DNA of 64,000 nucleotides from Planktothricoides raciborskii GIHE-MW2 (GTDB lineage Bacteria; Cyanobacteriota; Cyanobacteriia; Cyanobacteriales; Laspinemataceae): NCBI RefSeq assembly GCF_040564635.1, contig NZ_CP159837.1, positions 163,801 to 227,800 of the forward strand, read 5' to 3'. Shown piece by piece: positions 1 to 10,454 of this stretch (position 1 is its first letter; each line of letters starts with the position of its first letter). The notes under the pieces were generated by a model. It saw only the letters and a program-made list of their open reading frames with translations, ran no database searches and was not told where the DNA came from. The position numbers and the translations under genes were made by a program.

Positions 1-394
1 CAATAGCCAAAAAAGCCGCGATCGCAATTGTAGTGTAATTGTCTGCCCGTAACAGCAAAGATAAGCCTAAACCCGTGATTAGCGCACTTTTCAGGGAGGC
101 TAACACTGAGAAATTATCAGTAAAGTGGTTATAGCGTTTCCCAGATTGATGATTTGTAGAGTCAAGACCTGTCATTCCCGCGAATCGACCTGTCATTCCC
201 GCGAATGCGGGAATCCATGACTTTTGCGCCAGAAAAAATGACCCATAACCCATGACTAACTGAGTAGCCAAGCAAGTGGCGATCGCCACCAAAATAAACT
301 CAGGTCGAATCGTCCAGTCTCGCGTTCCAATGCCTAAAACCAAAAATAACGATAGAAACAGAATTTGATAATCTCGGGCATCTTTGAAAATCAT
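1..394 (-). CDS. Partial hypothetical polytopic membrane protein (3' end lies beyond the window start); contains an in-frame palindromic-repeat insertion
   Basis: Manual translation of the minus strand from ATG at 394 gives MIFKDARDYQILFLSLFLVLGIGTRDWTIRPEFILVAIATCLATQLVMGYGSFFLAQKSWIPAFAGMTGRFAGMTGLD... with no stop down to position 1. Hydrophobic segments fit a membrane protein. Confidence 0.5.
   Translation of the reverse strand, partial: MIFKDARDYQILFLSLFLVLGIGTRDWTIRPEFILVAIATCLATQLVMGYGSFFLAQKSWIPAFAGMTGRFAGMTGLDSTNHQSGKRYNHFTDNFSVLASLKSALITGLGLSLLLRADNYTTIAIAAFLAI
160..220. repeat. Two tandem copies of the CCTGTCATTCCCGCGAA / GCGGGAATCC short palindromic repeat, inserted in-frame in the CDS above
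   Basis: The sequence cctgtcattcccgcgaatcgacctgtcattcccgcgaatgcgggaatcc is seen directly. The same core (GGATTCCCGCG...CGGGAATGACAG) recurs at about 655-685, 13230-13255, 13420-13445, 15708-15740 and 30972-31000. Confidence 0.8.
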
Positions 395-748
395 AATTTA
401 ATTGTCATCGGGGTAATTTTTGATTACAGATTGACTCAGACCTCCAACGGTTCCTTTGTAACAAAAATGTTACATGAATCACCATTTGTCCCAATCCTCG
501 TCAAAATCATCAAGAACAAATTGAATCCATTACCCATTTCATCCTGATTTCATATTTGGATGGCACCATAGATAATATCTGGCACATCCAAACCCTAACC
601 AGTCACCAATCATCGTTATAGCGGTTTTTATTGGATGAAGTACAGAGGTTTTCTGGATTCCCGCGCGGGAATGACAGGTTTTTTTTGTAATTCATAACTC
701 CAAAAATTGCTATAAATACCAGTTATTCTCAATAGTCACTCATCAAAT

Positions 749-2557
749 ATGATCAACAGACGTAAATTCCTTTATTTTACTACTGGGTTGGGCATGGCAT
801 TAGGATGCAAACAACTGATTCCTGTATATGGGCAACAACCCGGTGATATTCAGCCATCATCCGCAACCCATGAATATCCTGATCTGATTGAACTTTTTAT
901 TCAAGAAACACCCTTCACCATTGGCAGAAAAACCGGGACAGCGGTAACGGTTAATAACGTATTACCCGCACCAATTATCCGCTGGAAAGAAGGACAAACC
1001 GCCACCATTAAAGTCACCAATAATCTAAAAGAAGACACTTCAATTCACTGGCACGGTATTATCCTCCCAGCAAATATGGATGGGGTGCCAGGGATTAGCT
1101 TTGCGGGAATTAAACCAGGACAAACTTTTACTTATCAATTTCCAATTAATCAAAGTGGGACATATTGGTATCACAGTCACAGCGGAATGCAAGAACAACT
1201 GGGTCACTACGGGGCGATTATTATTGATCCGATTCAACCAGACCCTTTTGCGTGCAATCGCGACTATGTAATTCTGATCTCAGATTGGACTTTTGAAAAT
1301 CCCCATCAGATTATGAAAAATCTGAAAAAAATGGGGGCTTACTACAACTATCAAAGACGAACTGTTAGCACTTTCTTTGAAGATATCCATTGGCGACAAA
1401 TGCGAATGGATCCGACAGATATTGCGGATGTTACAGGTGCAACCTATACCTATTTAATGAATGGTTTAGCACCCGAATCAAACTGGACAGGACTATTTAA
1501 ACCCGGTGAAAAAGTGCGACTCAGATTTATTAATGCTTCAGCGATGACCTTTTTTGACATTCGCATTCCTGGTTTAAAAATGACGGTCATCCAAGGAGAT
1601 GGTCAAAATGTCCAACCTGTCACCGTAGATGAGTTTCGTATTGGTGTAGCAGAAACTTATGATGTAATTGTTGAACCCCAAGATGAGCAAGCCTACACTA
1701 TTTTTGCTGAAACAATGGATCGCAGTGGTTATGCTCGCGGAACTTTAGCCATTCGTCAAGGGTTGAGTGCAGCCATTCCCGATCGCCGCGAACGTCCTCT
1801 GAGAACAATGGCAGATATGGGAATGGATCATTCCGAACATTCCGAACATTCGGGACATAATATGTCTGGAAATTCCGAACATTCGGGACATTCGGGACAT
1901 TCGGGACATGATATGTCCAGTCATAGCGAACATTCGGGACATTCGGGACATGATATGTCCAGTCATAGCGAACATTCGGGACATGATATGTCTAGCGAAG
2001 ATATGCCCAATTTTGACTGGCAAATAAATGAATCCAGGAATCATGGTCGGGGTCAAGCTGGTACACCAATGATGGTAAAAAATCGGTTGAATGAGCCGGG
2101 AATTGGCTTAGAAAATACCGGAACTCGCGTATTAGTTTATACTGACCTCCGCAGCGTAGCGCCCCGTGAAGACCAACGCAAGCCGGAACGAGAAATTGAG
2201 CTACATTTGACCGGGAATATGGAACGGTATATGTGGTCATTTAATGGCAAAAAATATTCAGAAGAAAAAGAAATTACTTTTTATTACGGGGAACGACTCC
2301 GTTTAACCTTTGTAAATCAAACAATGATGGAGCATCCGATTCATTTACATGGAATGTGGATGGAATTAGATAATGGGGCGGGAGAATATAAGCCTCGCAA
2401 ACATACGGTGATTGTTAAACCTGCGGAAAAAATGTCTGTGGAAGTGAATGTGGATGCGCGAGGAAAATGGGCATTTCACTGCCATCTAATGTATCACATG
2501 GAAATGGGAATGTTTAGAACGATCGCAGTTGTTGACCGTGCGGCGGAGGTAGGCTAA
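749..2557 (+). CDS. copA: Copper-resistance multicopper oxidase CopA (Tat-exported), with a His/Ser-rich insert
   Basis: Twin-arginine signal MINRRKFLYFTTGLGMALG. Multicopper-oxidase copper ligand motifs HWHG, WYHSHSG, HPIHLHG and HCHLMYHMEMGM are present. The insert DHSEHSEHSGHNMSGNSEHSGHSGHSGHDMSSHSEHSGHSGHDMSS is encoded by direct DNA repeats at 1830-1990. Confidence 0.85.
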   Translation: MINRRKFLYFTTGLGMALGCKQLIPVYGQQPGDIQPSSATHEYPDLIELFIQETPFTIGRKTGTAVTVNNVLPAPIIRWKEGQTATIKVTNNLKEDTSIHWHGIILPANMDGVPGISFAGIKPGQTFTYQFPINQSGTYWYHSHSGMQEQLGHYGAIIIDPIQPDPFACNRDYVILISDWTFENPHQIMKNLKKMGAYYNYQRRTVSTFFEDIHWRQMRMDPTDIADVTGATYTYLMNGLAPESNWTGLFKPGEKVRLRFINASAMTFFDIRIPGLKMTVIQGDGQNVQPVTVDEFRIGVAETYDVIVEPQDEQAYTIFAETMDRSGYARGTLAIRQGLSAAIPDRRERPLRTMADMGMDHSEHSEHSGHNMSGNSEHSGHSGHSGHDMSSHSEHSGHSGHDMSSHSEHSGHDMSSEDMPNFDWQINESRNHGRGQAGTPMMVKNRLNEPGIGLENTGTRVLVYTDLRSVAPREDQRKPEREIELHLTGNMERYMWSFNGKKYSEEKEITFYYGERLRLTFVNQTMMEHPIHLHGMWMELDNGAGEYKPRKHTVIVKPAEKMSVEVNVDARGKWAFHCHLMYHMEMGMFRTIAVVDRAAEVG

Positions 2558-3517
2558 GTGAAGGGAAAACAAATCAGTATTTGTTTGAATGTAATCTTAA
2601 ATCTAATCGGCATAACCGGCACTTTAACTTTAGCCAATATTTTGGCTTATCCTCTGTCAAGTTACGGTGAACCAGCTAAAGAATTGGATAATTTTTATCC
2701 AACTTTAGAGTCATTGGAGTCAACGGAGTGGCAGTTTTCCCAGTCCCACGATCACTCAGATCATCACTCAGATCATAACTCATATCATCACTCTAATAAT
2801 CACTCCGATCATAACTCTAATCATCACTCAGATCATCACTCAGGAGAACATGATTGGCCCGAACCCATCCATGATAATCACACCTATTCGTTAATATTGC
2901 TTGAGCAATTGGAATATCGAGCCAATGAAGGGGAAGATTCATTAAATTGGGATGCGGTCAGTTGGGTGGGTGGAGACTATGAAAGACTGTGGATTAAAAC
3001 CGAAGGAGAAGTCGGTTTAGAAGATGGCAATGGTGAAGCTGAACTTCAACTGCTTTACGGTCAATTAATCACCCCCTTTTTTGATGGACAAGTGGGTTTA
3101 GCCTATCAGCAATTGTATGGCGATACTTCCAAAGGACGTGCTTTTGGCGTGGTTGGAGTCCAAGGAATGCTGCCTTATATGGTTGAAACCGATGCCGCTA
3201 TTTTTATTAGTCACAAAGGGGATATTTCCGCGAAATTATCCGCCGAAAAACAATTGCTTCTTTCCCAACGGTTAATTTTAGAACCAAAATTAGAAACTCA
3301 TTTGGCAATTCAAGACGTAGAAGAGTTTGGGGTCGGTTCAGGAATTAATGACCTGGAATTGGGCTTACGCTTGCGCTATGAAATTAATCGGGAGTTGGCG
3401 CCGTATATGGGCATTAACTGGACGCGCAAATTTGGCAAAACAGCGGATTTTGCCAAAGAAGAAGGGGAGGCGGTGGATAATTTTGCTGTAGTTGGGGGAC
3501 TGCGGTTAATGTTTTAA
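2558..3517 (+). CDS. copB: Copper-resistance protein B (CopB) family outer-membrane protein
   Basis: GTG start immediately after the copA stop. Signal-like N-terminus. His-rich repeats (HDHSDHHSDHNSYHHSNNHSDHNSNHHSDHHSGEHD). The C-terminal beta-barrel-like region ends in ...GGLRLMF, with an aromatic last residue typical of outer-membrane proteins. Confidence 0.75.
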   Translation: MKGKQISICLNVILNLIGITGTLTLANILAYPLSSYGEPAKELDNFYPTLESLESTEWQFSQSHDHSDHHSDHNSYHHSNNHSDHNSNHHSDHHSGEHDWPEPIHDNHTYSLILLEQLEYRANEGEDSLNWDAVSWVGGDYERLWIKTEGEVGLEDGNGEAELQLLYGQLITPFFDGQVGLAYQQLYGDTSKGRAFGVVGVQGMLPYMVETDAAIFISHKGDISAKLSAEKQLLLSQRLILEPKLETHLAIQDVEEFGVGSGINDLELGLRLRYEINRELAPYMGINWTRKFGKTADFAKEEGEAVDNFAVVGGLRLMF

Positions 3518-3603
3518 ATAAAATGTGATTAATGAAATGTGATTAATAAAATGTTATTAGCTGACTTTCTGTTTTCTTGATCTAATAATTTCCTGGCGTT
3601 AGA

Positions 3604-3633
3604 CGTAGGGGCGGTTCGCTTTCCCGCCCCTAC
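3604..3633. repeat. Hairpin repeat GTAGGGGCGG-N9-CCGCCCCTAC (member of the GTAGGGGCG...CGCCCCTAC family)
   Basis: Perfect 10-bp inverted arms are seen 87 bp after the copB stop. Confidence 0.7.
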
Positions 3634-3748
3634 AAGCATCTGGTGGTTTGGCATATGTAGTGGCGCAAGCATTGCGCCTCCTGATAATTGTATCAACCTT
3701 AATTTAAATCAATATAAATCTAGGTTTTTTTATAAAAAAATAATATAT

Positions 3749-4387
3749 TTAATAATTAGATTTATTACGGCGATGTTCTTTATATAAATGAAATAAAGAA
3801 GTGCTACAAGATGTGGTGATAATTAATAAAATAATCGGCAATAAATATTTATCGATATCTTCACCAATTAAATTTCCTAAAGAATATCCGAGTAACGGCA
3901 TTCCAAAGCCCCAAACGACTCCCCCACCCACGTTATAAATTAAAAACGTCCGGTAGTTCATTTCCGCAATGCCCGCGACAATACAGCCAAAAGTCCTAAT
4001 AATGGGCAGAAATCTGGCCATTAAAATAGTTTGTTTGCCGTGCCTTTCATAGAAGTTATGGGCGGTGATTAAATGCTTTTTATGAAAAAACCAAGAATCC
4101 TCTTTGGTAAATAAGCGGCGACCAAAGCGATGACCCGTGGCATATCCCACATTATTCCCCAGTACCGCACAAACAAATACTCCCATTGTCAGGACGCCAA
4201 TATTAAATAACCCTTGGGAGGCAAAAACCCCAGCGGTAAATAACATACTATTTCCAGGCAATAATACCCCAAAAAATAATCCGGTTTCGACAAAAACAAT
4301 CGTCCAAACTCCGAACAAGCCAAAGGTTTTAATCACTGCTGGCAAGTCACTTAAAAGACGGATTAAATCTCCTAGTTCAGATAGCAT
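3749..4387 (-). CDS. DedA/SNARE-associated (TVP38) family membrane protein
   Basis: Sequence ...VFVETGLFFGVLLPGNSMLFTAGVFASQG... matches the DedA core motif, with multiple TM segments. Confidence 0.75.
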   Translation of the reverse strand: MLSELGDLIRLLSDLPAVIKTFGLFGVWTIVFVETGLFFGVLLPGNSMLFTAGVFASQGLFNIGVLTMGVFVCAVLGNNVGYATGHRFGRRLFTKEDSWFFHKKHLITAHNFYERHGKQTILMARFLPIIRTFGCIVAGIAEMNYRTFLIYNVGGGVVWGFGMPLLGYSLGNLIGEDIDKYLLPIILLIITTSCSTSLFHLYKEHRRNKSNY

Positions 4388-4430
4388 AATTGGGTTTCCC
4401 TGGTAATTAATTGGGGCTGGTTGTAGAGAC

Positions 4431-4492
4431 GCAAAATTTCCTGTTTATCCCGTTTCTATATAATTCAATTGCGTCTCTACCGAGCATAGTAT
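4431..4492. other. Intergenic hairpin (arms GTAGAGACGCAA / TTGCGTCTCTAC, loop about 36 nt) between the exoD stop and the dedA start
   Basis: The inverted repeat is seen directly. It could be a terminator or attenuator, or a small palindromic element. Confidence 0.4.
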
Positions 4493-4530
4493 CTGATACC
4501 TGATAGCTGTTAGCTAAAAGTGATGGGTGA

Positions 4531-5154
4531 TTATCTGCCCAGCCATGCTTTAATGATGTCGAGCAGACTGGATCCACCAAACCAAAGGGCAAACAGGATC
4601 GAGGAAGTCAGAGTCAGTCCCATCAGACAAACGACTAAACCTGCCAGGGTAATAGCGCCATCGTCATCCATGAGGCCAAAGCCGGTGAGAAATATTCCCA
4701 TTGCTGGTAGGGTGTTGGTGCCGGGGATGGGTATCATCATGGAAATGGCCATGAGGGAAATTCCCAAACCCATGATAATTCGCCCGCTTAACCCCTTGCA
4801 AATAAAAGTTAATCGAGGACGACAAATGATCTCAAGTTTTTGCAACCAAGGCATTCCTGCTTTGACAAAACCTTGTACGGTCTTGAGATCCAAGGAACGA
4901 AGCATAATTTTGTTCGGCAGCCAAGGGGATTTGCGACCGCTGATTAATTGTACGGCCAGTAAAAATAGCACTAATCCAAAGGGAGTGGAATAACCGGCGG
5001 CAGGGAGTGGCAATGCAGAAGGCAAAGACAGCAGCACAAACAAAAACCCAAAAGTTCTTTCCCCAGCAAGCTGCAAAATATCTGCGAGGGTGACTTGGGG
5101 CGATCGCTCTTCTTCAAAAAAATACCGTTGTAATTCAGTGGAAAGTTTAGCCAC
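4531..5154 (-). CDS. exoD: ExoD-family exopolysaccharide synthesis membrane protein
   Basis: MAKLSTELQRYFFEEERSPQVTLADILQLAGERTFGFLFVLLSLPSALPLP... resembles ExoD-family proteins. Confidence 0.65.
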   Translation of the reverse strand: MAKLSTELQRYFFEEERSPQVTLADILQLAGERTFGFLFVLLSLPSALPLPAAGYSTPFGLVLFLLAVQLISGRKSPWLPNKIMLRSLDLKTVQGFVKAGMPWLQKLEIICRPRLTFICKGLSGRIIMGLGISLMAISMMIPIPGTNTLPAMGIFLTGFGLMDDDGAITLAGLVVCLMGLTLTSSILFALWFGGSSLLDIIKAWLGR

Positions 5155-5242
5155 AGGTGACAGAAACCTAAAAGTTTAAAGGTAAAAGTTTAAGGCATTT
5201 TCAGGCATTTTCAGGCAAACATCAGTAATATAAACAATGGGT

Positions 5243-5275
5243 GAGCGATCGCCCACCCATTGTTTATTTCTGGCG
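5243..5275. terminator. Bidirectional rho-independent terminator-like hairpin downstream of ahcY
   Basis: The sequence aaacaATGGGTGaGCGATCGCcCACCCATtgtttatttc has a GC stem flanked by an A-run and a T-run. It lies 8 bp beyond the ahcY stop. Confidence 0.55.
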
Positions 5276-5282
5276 GCGTTTC

Positions 5283-6587
<1,305 letters not shown>

Positions 6588-6993
6588 TTAATTAGTCAAC
6601 CTTTCTAGTTTAATTCATTAAATCAGAATCTTGTTTTGTTGTTAATTATATTCTGTTGCGTATCTGTTATATTTTATGCAACTGATTCTCCGCTTTTTGG
6701 CGGCGACCCGCATTAATAATTAATAATTATTAATTATTAATTGCTTCAAATAACGAACAACAAATAACCAATAACAAATAACCAATAACTATTTTTTGTT
6801 AAATTTCGTAAAAATTAGGTTGGCAATAACTTTTAAAGATTTATGATCGACAGCGATGGCTCGATCGCCAAAAACCAGAGAAGCGATCGCTCTTCTTCGG
6901 GGATCTAGTTCAAGGACTGGAGTTCTCCTCAGATCCCTGTGGTAGAAGAAAAGCTTTCGGTTAAAAAAACTCATCACAACTAAAGGATCGATC

Positions 6994-7227
6994 ATGGAAC
7001 AAACAAATGCTGCTAAATTATATACAGCCGTGCAAGAACAACAAGCGTTAAGCGAACAAAAAGAAGCGGCAGAAAACATCCAGGCTTTTATAGAAATGGC
7101 TGAACAGCGCGGCTATCATTATACGGAAGAAGAAATTAAGAGCGAACTCAGTCATTTATCAGAAGAAGAATTAGCTTCTTTGCAAAATCCTGGTGTTGGC
7201 CCCAGACACCACCTGTTACCCCGATAA
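6994..7227 (+). CDS. Nif11-like leader-peptide domain protein (precursor-like); the C-terminus runs into a tandem repeat
   Basis: MEQTNAAKLYTAVQEQQALSEQKEAAENIQAFIEMAEQRGYHYTEEEIKSELSHLSEEELASLQNPGVG aligns with the Nif11/NHLP leader consensus (...AKEAGF.IT.EEL....LSDEELE.VAGG). It is followed by only 8 residues (PRHHLLPR) before the stop. Confidence 0.6.
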   Translation: MEQTNAAKLYTAVQEQQALSEQKEAAENIQAFIEMAEQRGYHYTEEEIKSELSHLSEEELASLQNPGVGPRHHLLPR

Positions 7228-7294
7228 ATGCCCGATAAATGCCCGATAAATGCCCGATAAATGCCCGATAAATGCCCGATAAATGATTGCTTTG
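7226..7294. repeat. Tandem repeat (CCCGATAAATG)x about 6, 11-bp unit
   Basis: Seen directly. The first unit contains the stop codon of the Nif11-like ORF. Confidence 0.9.
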
Positions 7295-7613
7295 CCGATC
7301 TGCGTCAGCAGTTAGCTATCAGCTTGTAAAACTTTTTTAGGAAACGGCGATCGCTCATATTACAGCAGTGAAGCCGTGAGCGATCGGGCAATATTTGCCT
7401 GAATTACGGGCAACTGATACCCACCACCGTCTTCACGGGGGCAGGCTTCAAAATAACCAAAAATATCGGTTTTTTTCAGGATATTTTTTTTGATATATTA
7501 ATCTTGAAAGCAAAACCTATTTTTAGAATATAAATTTATTTTAGGTATAAAAAATTAGCTTTTTAGCTTCCTATTTTTCAAATATTATACGCATCTAATT
7601 TTAAAATTTAGCC

Positions 7614-7802
7614 TCAAGGCATAACCAGGCATTCAGCCAAAGTTACGGGACTGGCAACCCCAATCAAAAAACCATTTTCAATCTGGGTAAAAATCGGGCT
7701 AACCAGAGGTAAAAAATATGGGTTTTCCTCCACGAAATAGACAACGGGTGCTGTATCCAAAAATAGCCGCGATACCCCTAATAAAGCTTGGTTAATTCTC
7801 AT
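7614..7802 (-). pseudogene. Truncated PIN-domain (VapC-like) toxin, N-terminal half only
   Basis: ...RLFLDTAPVVYFVEE... and ...IGVASPVTLAECLV match the first half of a PIN domain. The ORF stops after 62 aa and runs into AT-rich non-coding DNA. Confidence 0.5.
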
Positions 7803-8059
7803 TCTTCTCCTCGGAGTAATTTTTCCCGATGTTCATCTCCTTCACGCCGAGTTCGTGTCACCCATTCCTGGGCATCTTCTCCGAAAAAGGGATACTGCAC
7901 CATCCCCCGAAACTCACTAATTTTATGTTTCCGCTTCGGTTCTGCGGGGGCAGACTTCATCTGTTCTGCCACCTGTTGAATTAACTCCAACCGCTCATCA
8001 TTAGAAAGCTGTTCTACTTGTTTTAAGATTGCTTCGAGTAAAGGACTCATTGCCGTCAT
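7799..8059 (-). CDS. Putative antitoxin cognate to the PIN toxin fragment
   Basis: Small protein overlapping the PIN ORF by 4 bp (ATGA-type coupling). It resembles the cyanobacterial antitoxin-like proteins found upstream of PIN genes. Confidence 0.4.
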   Translation of the reverse strand: MTAMSPLLEAILKQVEQLSNDERLELIQQVAEQMKSAPAEPKRKHKISEFRGMVQYPFFGEDAQEWVTRTRREGDEHREKLLRGEE

Positions 8060-8185
8060 CTCCTGAATTTTGCCTGGTTATTTTTATGATATAATTTAGA
8101 TCGGTTTTATGGTTAGCGTGTATTGCCCTAAAACCCTAAAAAAACGGGTTTATTAATTACAGCGGTTTTCAGATTACTAAACCAC

Positions 8186-8262
8186 GATCGGGCGAAGCAT
8201 GACCGTATTTATATTAATATTTTCAGCAATAATTTGTCTGCGGTCATGCTTCGCCCCTACAA
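8186..8262. repeat. Hairpin element GGGCGAAGCATGACCG...CGGTCATGCTTCGCCCCTACA
   Basis: Long inverted repeat seen directly. Belongs to the GTAGGGGCGAAGCAT family. Confidence 0.7.
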
Positions 8263-8365
8263 ATTATTGTGGTAGATTTAATAAAAAACCGCTGTAAGAG
8301 TTTGCTGGAGAAGTCAACTTAACGCATAAAGCCGGTTTTTTATACGCGCAAATCAGTGATTTTTT

Positions 8366-8557
8366 TTATTTAGAAATCATTTCAGAATCCCTAGCATCCG
8401 CTTGAATATTTTGTAAGCGCTTTAAGTCGGCATAGCTAATAATTGCAGCTATAGGTTGACCGAATTTTTCAATTAAAATTTGCTCGCCATTGTCACCAAC
8501 CAGGGCAATGAGTTCGCCAAAGCGTTCTTGAGCCTGAGTTAAATCTAGTTTATTCAT
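8366..8557 (-). CDS. Phd/YefM-family antitoxin (orphan; no toxin gene downstream)
   Basis: MNKLDLTQAQERFGELIALV...QPIAAIISYADLKRL is typical of Phd/YefM antitoxins. The region 8060-8365, where a toxin gene would sit, holds only a hairpin repeat. Confidence 0.55.
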   Translation of the reverse strand: MNKLDLTQAQERFGELIALVGDNGEQILIEKFGQPIAAIISYADLKRLQNIQADARDSEMISK

Positions 8558-8974
8558 ATTTTTTGAACATATAAAAGTCTCGTTATTTTAATATAGCGTC
8601 TCGTCTATAGCAGTCCTAAATGATTTATACCTCACCCCCATCCCCTCTCCCTTTCTGGGCCGCCGACGGTTAGGGGTGAGGGCTTATTTCACGATTGATT
8701 TAGGATTGCTATAGTCCACGTCACCCAGTCTCGGAAAAGCGCCCCTAACCACTTCTGGCCCAAGAGGGCGCAAGAGGGCGCAAGCATTGCAGGCGCTTTT
8801 CCGTACAGCCCCTACATAAAATAACGATTTTTCCCATCCAGGCAAAAACCCCTACAAGATTAGCTTAAAAAGAGGGGTTGGGGCGATCGCGCCGGTTGGC
8901 TGCAATCTCTTGAATCGTCATTTCATTGCTAAAATCAACTAAAATAAATTCGTTCCTCTACTTGCCTCAAAGAG

Positions 8975-10327
8975 ATGTCCAGTTTCCATGACCCCAAATT
9001 TCTCGACGAACTCTACAACGTCTTTGAACCTTTTAATCCATTATCACCGGGAGACCCGCAATATGTAGACTGTCGCGAAGTCCGGGGGGATGGGGATATT
9101 TTAGAGGAATTGGGTAATAAAATTCGTCGATCGCAGCGCATGACTTGTCAACTCTATGCGGGACATCGTGGGGCGGGGAAATCCACGGAACTGCTACGTC
9201 TCAAGCAATATTTGGAACAAAATCAATTTTTAGTAGTATATTTTGCCGCCGACGAAGCGGATATTGATCCGGAAGATGCCGAATATGCGGATATTTTACT
9301 CGCTTGTACTCGCCATATTCTGGAAGACCTGAAAGATATTGCTAGACCAGATCCATTGACAGAATGGTTGCGGGGTCGGTGGCAAGAATTAAAAGACTTA
9401 GCCCTCACCGAGGTCAAGTTTGAAACCTTATCGGTGGAGGGACAAATTGCCCAGTTTGCCAAACTCACCGCTAATTTACGGGCAGTTCCTTCTCTACGGC
9501 GCCAAATTCGCGACAAAATAAATCCTTATACGGTCACGTTGACTCAAGCATTAAATGAGTTTATTGCCGAGGCGAAAAATAACCTGCCCAACGGCTGTGA
9601 AAAACTCGCGGTGATTGTGGATAACTTAGACCGGATGGTTCTCATACCCCAGGACAATGGACGGACTAACCATGAGGAAATTTTTATTGACCGCAGCGAA
9701 CAACTGCGATCGCTAGATTGCCATTTAGTTTATACGGTGCCCATTTCTTTGGTGTATTCCCGTCGGTCAACAGATTTACGCGATATTTATAGCGACCCCC
9801 AAGTATTGCCGATGATTATGGTGCAAAATCCTGATGAGACAACTCATCAACCAGGGGTGGATAAATTAACGGAAATTATTACTAAACGAGTCGAAAGAGT
9901 GGCTAAAGCTGCTTTAGAATCAGAAGTTTTGACGACCGAGATTTTTGAAAGTGCCGAAGTAGTGCAACGGTTATGTTTAATGAGTGGCGGTCATGTTCGC
10001 AATTTACTCCTATTAATTCAAGCAGCAATTAATCGCACGCATCAGCTACCGATTTCTAAGAAAGAAGTCCAACGGGCGATTACCGAAGCGCGAGATACTT
10101 ATCGCCGTACTGTGGAACATGATGAATGGCAACTTTTAGCCCAGGTTCACCGCAGTAAGCAAATTATCAACGAAGACCAAACCCGCAATTTATTATTTAA
10201 TCGCTGTTTGTTGGAATATCGTTATTTAGATAATGATGGAGAGTTGCAACGATGGTCTGATGTTCACCCGTTAATTAAAAATTTGCCCGAATTTAAAGCA
10301 GCAGTGGCAGCGTTGGAAAAATCGTAA
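8975..10327 (+). CDS. AAA_16/STAND-like P-loop NTPase (450 aa) with a C-terminal helical domain
   Basis: Walker A motif LYAGHRGAGKSTELLRL is preceded by YVDCREVRGDGDILEELG (the F.GRE.EL pattern of AAA_16). A Walker B-like motif LAVIVDNLDRM follows. The last 200 aa or so are helical. Confidence 0.6.
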   Translation: MSSFHDPKFLDELYNVFEPFNPLSPGDPQYVDCREVRGDGDILEELGNKIRRSQRMTCQLYAGHRGAGKSTELLRLKQYLEQNQFLVVYFAADEADIDPEDAEYADILLACTRHILEDLKDIARPDPLTEWLRGRWQELKDLALTEVKFETLSVEGQIAQFAKLTANLRAVPSLRRQIRDKINPYTVTLTQALNEFIAEAKNNLPNGCEKLAVIVDNLDRMVLIPQDNGRTNHEEIFIDRSEQLRSLDCHLVYTVPISLVYSRRSTDLRDIYSDPQVLPMIMVQNPDETTHQPGVDKLTEIITKRVERVAKAALESEVLTTEIFESAEVVQRLCLMSGGHVRNLLLLIQAAINRTHQLPISKKEVQRAITEARDTYRRTVEHDEWQLLAQVHRSKQIINEDQTRNLLFNRCLLEYRYLDNDGELQRWSDVHPLIKNLPEFKAAVAALEKS

Positions 10328-10454
10328 AACTATATCTTGTAGGGTGGGCAATAAACCATAATTAGGAGATAAAATTATCCGGTTGATAAAATTTGCCCAC
10401 CATACACTGTGTTCTCTGTGCCTCCGTGGTTCATATTTAATGTAATTCACAACC

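Noticed and set aside
365-547. 60-aa plus-strand ORF
   Set aside because: It overlaps the start of the minus-strand membrane-protein gene and has no features of a real gene.
1745-2240. Antisense ORFs of 82-103 aa inside copA
   Set aside because: They are generated by the HSGHSGH-coding repeats (MSRMSRMF...) and have no independent support.
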